DNA of 64,000 nt from Candidatus Marinacidobacterales bacterium (GTDB taxonomy: Bacteria; Acidobacteriota; Vicinamibacteria; Marinacidobacterales; DATDRI01): NCBI GenBank assembly GCA_965226495.1, contig OZ245365.1, forward strand, positions 2,848,001 to 2,912,000, read 5' to 3'. The notes beneath the pieces are model-generated. The model ran no database searches, was not told the DNA's origin, and was given only the letters and a program-made list of their open reading frames with translations. Positions 59,914-64,000 of the stretch are shown piece after piece; positions within the stretch are counted from its first letter, which is position 1; the number at the start of each line of letters is the position of its first letter. The position numbers and the translations under genes are program-made.

Positions 59914-59921
59914 ACTAAGCT

Positions 59922-60893
59922 ATGCCGTCTCTAAACTTCGAACTCATCCAAAGCGTGCGGCCTGACGTCGAGACGCGGGCTCGGCGCACACCCCTGGATT
60001 CGTCTCCGGCTTTTTCGCGCGCCTCGGGCCGCGAGATCTACTTGAAGTGCGAGAATCTCCAGCGCACGAACTCCTTCAAGATTCGGGGCGCCACTGCGAA
60101 GATGTCCTCTCTCACCGACGAGGAAAAGCAACGCGGTGTGATGGCCGCGTCGGCCGGCAACCATGGGCAAGGAGTCGCTTTGATCGCCCAGGAGATGGAG
60201 ATCGAAGCGACCATCTATGTTCCCTCCGCCATTCCCGACATCAAACGCGAAGCCATCGAGAGCTACGGGGCCAAAGTAATCCTGAGCGCGGGCGCCGGCT
60301 ATGACGCCGCCGAAGTGGAAGCCTTGGAGGCATGTAAGCGGGAAGGAAAAACTTGGGTCTCTCCCTATGACGACCCTATCGTGCTTGCCGGCGCCGGCAC
60401 TACTGGCTGCGAGATCTTCGAACAGGTCGACGCCTTGGATGCGCTGCTCATCCCAGTAGGCGGCGGCGGGCTTGCGGTAGGTGTCGCGGTCGCGGCCCGC
60501 AAAATGTCACCCTCGACGCGCATCATCGGAGTCAACACTTCGGCCTCTCCGGGCCTCTTCCTCTCGCGCAAGGAGGGAAAGCCCCGACTCACTCTCGATT
60601 CGGAGCCGACGATCGCAGAAGGCCTCGAGGGCGGTATTTCCCAGGGAGCATTCGATCTCACCACTGAGTACATCGACGACATCCTCGTGGCGGAGGAATC
60701 CTCTCTTCCCCGCGCCATCGCGGAAACGCTCAAGGCACACCACTTCGCGATTGAGGGGTCCGCGGCGGTGGTGGTAGCCGCACTACTCGATGGCCTATTG
60801 GAATCGAAGTACCGACGCGTCGCACTCTTGCTGAGCGGCGGCAACATCGAATATGCGAGGCTCAGAAAAATCGTTCAAGAACACGCGTTGTGA
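59922..60893 (+). CDS. PLP-dependent threonine/serine dehydratase family protein without regulatory domain
   Basis: LKCENLQRTNSFKIRGA, SAGNHGQG, PVGGGGL, LSGGN. Confidence 0.9.
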   Translation: MPSLNFELIQSVRPDVETRARRTPLDSSPAFSRASGREIYLKCENLQRTNSFKIRGATAKMSSLTDEEKQRGVMAASAGNHGQGVALIAQEMEIEATIYVPSAIPDIKREAIESYGAKVILSAGAGYDAAEVEALEACKREGKTWVSPYDDPIVLAGAGTTGCEIFEQVDALDALLIPVGGGGLAVGVAVAARKMSPSTRIIGVNTSASPGLFLSRKEGKPRLTLDSEPTIAEGLEGGISQGAFDLTTEYIDDILVAEESSLPRAIAETLKAHHFAIEGSAAVVVAALLDGLLESKYRRVALLLSGGNIEYARLRKIVQEHAL

Positions 60894-61032
60894 TGGGGAA
60901 GAGGCCGGCCGCGCTCGATCCCGGAGCGTTCCTCAACGGGGGTGCTAAACCTGAGCGTGGTCAGACGCGGACCGCGTTCGATTTCCGGCGTCACCCGGCG
61001 TGGGTGCCAATCTGAACTTGGCCAGACGCCCG

Positions 61033-61485
61033 TCAGGAAGAGAATGTGTGGTGAGGTCCGGGCTTGTACGCTGGCTCTTCGACGTTGCGCGTATCGGCGG
61101 GCCCTGGCAATTGGTTCTTGCGCGCGCCGTACCCCAATAGATCAACGGCCAGAGTCATCATCACGATCTTTTGGATGAGCTCCTTTTCTGATTGATCTTG
61201 CCCGACGAAAACCAATCCCAGACCGGCGGGGATCACTTTGTGATGACCCTTGATCTCACCACTGCAGCGCGCAACAACCGCCTGTAGCGGTTGGGTCGTG
61301 GCGTCACCGGGGATGTCAAGCTCGAGGTGAACCTTCTCGCCCTTCGGCAATACCAGATCGGTGGCCACGAAGGCACCCGCATTGTTTAGGTCGACCAAGT
61401 GACCATCCACGAGCTGCCCACTCGTGAGGATGCGGACTGTGATCTCCCCTTCTGTACGAACCCTAGGTTGATGGCGTCGATCCAT
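61033..61485 (-). CDS. PilZ-domain protein
   Basis: RHQPR (RxxxR), DLNNAG (DxSxxG variant), GLGLVF; GGAG RBS. Confidence 0.85.
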   Translation of the reverse strand: MDRRHQPRVRTEGEITVRILTSGQLVDGHLVDLNNAGAFVATDLVLPKGEKVHLELDIPGDATTQPLQAVVARCSGEIKGHHKVIPAGLGLVFVGQDQSEKELIQKIVMMTLAVDLLGYGARKNQLPGPADTRNVEEPAYKPGPHHTFSS

Positions 61486-61573
61486 CCGAGACTCCTTTGA
61501 CCGGTGTTCTAATGTGCAAGAGCCGTTCCTACCCTCGGCTCGGCGGTCAAATCTCCTATCTCGCTGTTAAATA

Positions 61574-61693
61574 GCTAGTTACACGCAGCGCCTAGGTTCG
61601 CCGGTGTGGGATTCACACCGCACAGGGAGTTGAAAAGCACACAGCCCGCCGCCCAACTCCGGATGCGGCACGACCTTTCTTGCGTGCACTAGC
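61574..61693. ncRNA. Candidate structured RNA, family not recognised
   Basis: Nested complementary segments gctagt/actagc, acgca/tgcgt, aggt/acct, ggagttg/caactcc, ccgca/tgcgg and hairpin cggtgtg/cacaccg. Confidence 0.4.
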
Positions 61694-61824
61694 CGCTGAC
61701 CAAGTCCGGTTCTGGCAAACCGTATTTTGCGTGCCCTAAGATAGCAGGGGAATGCCCAGCCGCTGACTAGGTCCGGCTTTGGCAACCCCTATTTTGCGTG
61801 CCCTAAGATAGTGGGGGCATGCTC
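61691..61824. repeat. Diverged 67-bp tandem repeat, two copies
   Basis: Units 61691-61757 and 61758-61824; 10 mismatches by hand alignment; identical 22-bp core tattttgcgtgccctaagatag. Confidence 0.9.
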
Positions 61825-61835
61825 AGGCGTGACAA

Positions 61836-63422
61836 CTATCGCTGGATCTCGCGGAGACGCTCGTGGACGTCGGGCGCGTCCGCCGATTGGGGAGCCAACT
61901 CCAAGTACTTCTCGAAGAGCTCGGCGGCTCGCCGAAAGTCCCCTTGCCGGTAATAAAGGAGTCCAAGCTCACGGTAGGGATCCGTGAATCCAGGCACGGC
62001 GCTAAGTGCAGCGTCGTATTCTTCGATAGCCCTCTCCACTCCGAGGGGATCGCGCTGATCGCCATAAATGTTTCCAAGATAGAAATGAGAGACCGCGTCG
62101 TTCGGATCTTCTTCGATGAGACGGATCAAGGCTTCCTGCGCGTTAATCGTCTCCTTCCGTTCGTAGTCTGCGATGGCGTTGTGCCGGCGAGCCCCTCGGA
62201 CCTCTCGGGAGTACCTCTCGCGGTTACGACTCAGGGAAGACGGGTCAAACTCTCCACGGTACTTCAAGTTTATCTCACGCGTGAGATTGCTGATGCGAGC
62301 TCGGTGCGTCGAATGATCACTGAAGAGCCAATTCGTGACCGTTTGCTGATCCCGCACATGTTCGCTCAACAGGTGCCAGACCTCCGGGGCTTGAAACGCG
62401 TCGTAGGCGCTACGGAACGCGTAGTGAAGGCCGATGCGATCCGCAGCGTCCTCCTGGTTTCGCCCATGTCCGTTGATGGACGCGTCGAGCGCAAGGGTCG
62501 CCCCGACCTCGAGCAGGACTCGTCCTAGTGAAGCGTCTTCCGCCGAATCCCGTCCCTGGCTATGCTCCATTCCCGCGCCGGCAACTGCCGCACTGAGCGC
62601 CACCCATTGCAACCTCTGAGCCCGCCGGTACCCGCGGTAGCTGTGCTTGTGAGTGATGTGTGCGATCTCGTGACCGAGTACGGTCGCGAGCTGCGCCTCG
62701 TTCTCGAGAGCGGCGAGTAGCCCGGTGTGCACCACGACCGTTCCATCTGGCATGGCGAAAGCATTGATATCGGGGTCGTCCACGATGGCGAAGTTGAATC
62801 TCGCTTGCTCGGCTTCTGCCCAGTCCGGAACCAGACTCTGTCCCACCCGATTGACGTACTCCTGGAGGGACGGATCACTGTAGAACACCAGCTTCTCCTT
62901 GAGCTCCTCGATTTCGTGGGATGCTAAGGTCAGAAAGTCGCGCTCTCCGACCTCGAGGCCAGACGGCTTCACCTCGACGTCCTCGAGCTGGATGGAGCCG
63001 TCGTCCAGGAGTTTCCCGTTGCCCCGAACATGCGCCCCAGGAGCCGTCGCGTTCTTGAACCCTTCTGGCCAACGCACCGTGCGACCGCTGACTTCCGCGC
63101 TCCCTTCTCCGATCGCTTCGATCAAACCGTCCACGCGGAGCTCCTTGAAACGCTCGGTCAGGACTTCGAGCCGGCTAGCCCAGAGCGCTTCTCCTTTGGA
63201 TTCGCCCTCGACGGTAACCTCCCAGCCGATGCGAAGATCGGTTGGCAGAATGTCCGGATGGTTGAGACGCTCGATGCGGGTGGTCGGAAGGAGATGGACA
63301 TCGACTCCCTCCACCACAATCGTCGGGCCTTGAACGTCCCAGATGTAGCCATGGAGCGTCGCGGCCACCGCCGGGGTGGTAAGGAACGGGAACAAAACCA
63401 GCAGCCGAACGGCCTTGAGCAA
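61836..63422 (-). CDS. M48 (BepA-like) metalloprotease with N-terminal DUF5666-like repeats and C-terminal TPR
   Basis: Signal peptide; INAFAMPDG; HEIAH (HExxH); EDAAD; SDHS; TPR tail. Confidence 0.9.
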   Translation of the reverse strand: MLKAVRLLVLFPFLTTPAVAATLHGYIWDVQGPTIVVEGVDVHLLPTTRIERLNHPDILPTDLRIGWEVTVEGESKGEALWASRLEVLTERFKELRVDGLIEAIGEGSAEVSGRTVRWPEGFKNATAPGAHVRGNGKLLDDGSIQLEDVEVKPSGLEVGERDFLTLASHEIEELKEKLVFYSDPSLQEYVNRVGQSLVPDWAEAEQARFNFAIVDDPDINAFAMPDGTVVVHTGLLAALENEAQLATVLGHEIAHITHKHSYRGYRRAQRLQWVALSAAVAGAGMEHSQGRDSAEDASLGRVLLEVGATLALDASINGHGRNQEDAADRIGLHYAFRSAYDAFQAPEVWHLLSEHVRDQQTVTNWLFSDHSTHRARISNLTREINLKYRGEFDPSSLSRNRERYSREVRGARRHNAIADYERKETINAQEALIRLIEEDPNDAVSHFYLGNIYGDQRDPLGVERAIEEYDAALSAVPGFTDPYRELGLLYYRQGDFRRAAELFEKYLELAPQSADAPDVHERLREIQR

Positions 63423-63520
63423 GAGTTACGCCCTCACATGGAAGAAATCGTGGTCGATGGTAGCACTCACGGGAACCTTCGCCAACACATCAGGAGGGAG
63501 TTGCAAAAGAGGGGCGAGAC

Positions 63521-63553
63521 AAAAAAAGAGGGAGCTGGTTGCTCCCTCTTTTT
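63521..63553. terminator. Rho-independent terminator, potentially bidirectional
   Basis: A7-gagggagc-tggtt-gctccctc-T5. Confidence 0.85.
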
Positions 63554-63591
63554 CCATAATCGTTTGAGACGACTTCGCAGAATGGCCGCTG

Positions 63592-63942
63592 TTAGTTCGA
63601 CTCGTCGTCGGGTGTAGTGACCGACACGACCTTGATCGTGTTAGTCTTTTCGTCGAGCTCCCCGGCTATGACGACTTCTCGGCCAAGGTTCTTGCTAGCG
63701 TCGGCCGCCTCGACATCTAAAATGAAGTAAGCGTTCTTAGTCGCTAACGCCCACTTGCCGCCGCGCTTGACGCAGCTCTCCGCACATCCTTTATGTTCAG
63801 CTTTCGCAACTTTCGCATAATCTTTGCCGCAATGTTCGTCTGCGATCCAACCGTTCCAAGTGCCCTTCTCCTCGGAAGCGTTGCCAAAAGCCACGAAACC
63901 GGAAAGCAATAGAATAGCTACCGCCACGCTTGTCCACTTCAT
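63592..63942 (-). CDS. Small exported Cys/His protein (DUF5818-like)
   Basis: GGAGG RBS; signal peptide; GWIADEHCG..HKGCAESCVKRG; beta-rich tail. Confidence 0.75.
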   Translation of the reverse strand: MKWTSVAVAILLLSGFVAFGNASEEKGTWNGWIADEHCGKDYAKVAKAEHKGCAESCVKRGGKWALATKNAYFILDVEAADASKNLGREVVIAGELDEKTNTIKVVSVTTPDDESN

Positions 63943-64000
63943 TGGTTGTTACCTCCAGGAACCGAGCCCTAGCATACTCACGCGCTATCACGGTGTCAAC

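Noticed and set aside
61691-61824. CRISPR array or c-di-GMP-I riboswitch
   Set aside because: Only two units, the 'spacers' resemble each other, and there are no cas genes. GGCAAAC is present but the GNRA hairpin and GACGCAAA elements are not, and it is on the strand opposite the PilZ gene.

Overview
A GC-rich bacterial chromosomal window with about 45 protein-coding loci. Gene content (MacB/ADOP-type permease, wHTH-TolB protein, DUF4388 proteins, several GT-C membrane glycosyltransferases, GGGGTGGGGCCCC hairpin repeats) suggests Acidobacteriota, possibly Vicinamibacteria; this is inference. No rRNA, tRNA, CRISPR array, transposase or integrase was recognised. Main modules: (i) a secreted CotH kinase divergent from a frameshifted wHTH-beta-propeller regulator; (ii) a DUF4388(PATAN)/TPR gene directly followed by a TPR-CHAT protease with intact catalytic motifs; (iii) a CusCBA-type copper efflux operon with NosL-like and DUF2231 accessory genes, divergent from a sensor kinase and sigma54 response regulator, with back-to-back -24/-12 promoters; (iv) four GT-C-like glycosyltransferases and a ~2,150-aa propeller/FN3/discoidin surface protein; (v) cofE-npdG F420 genes divergent from a tandem nitroreductase; (vi) a PilZ gene preceded by a strongly base-paired ~120-nt region and a diverged 67-bp tandem repeat. 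About ten genes carry lesions (frameshifts, exact tandem duplications, chimeric joins, one in-frame TGA), so assembly error must be excluded before treating broken genes as biology. All family calls come from motif recognition by eye; no searches were run.
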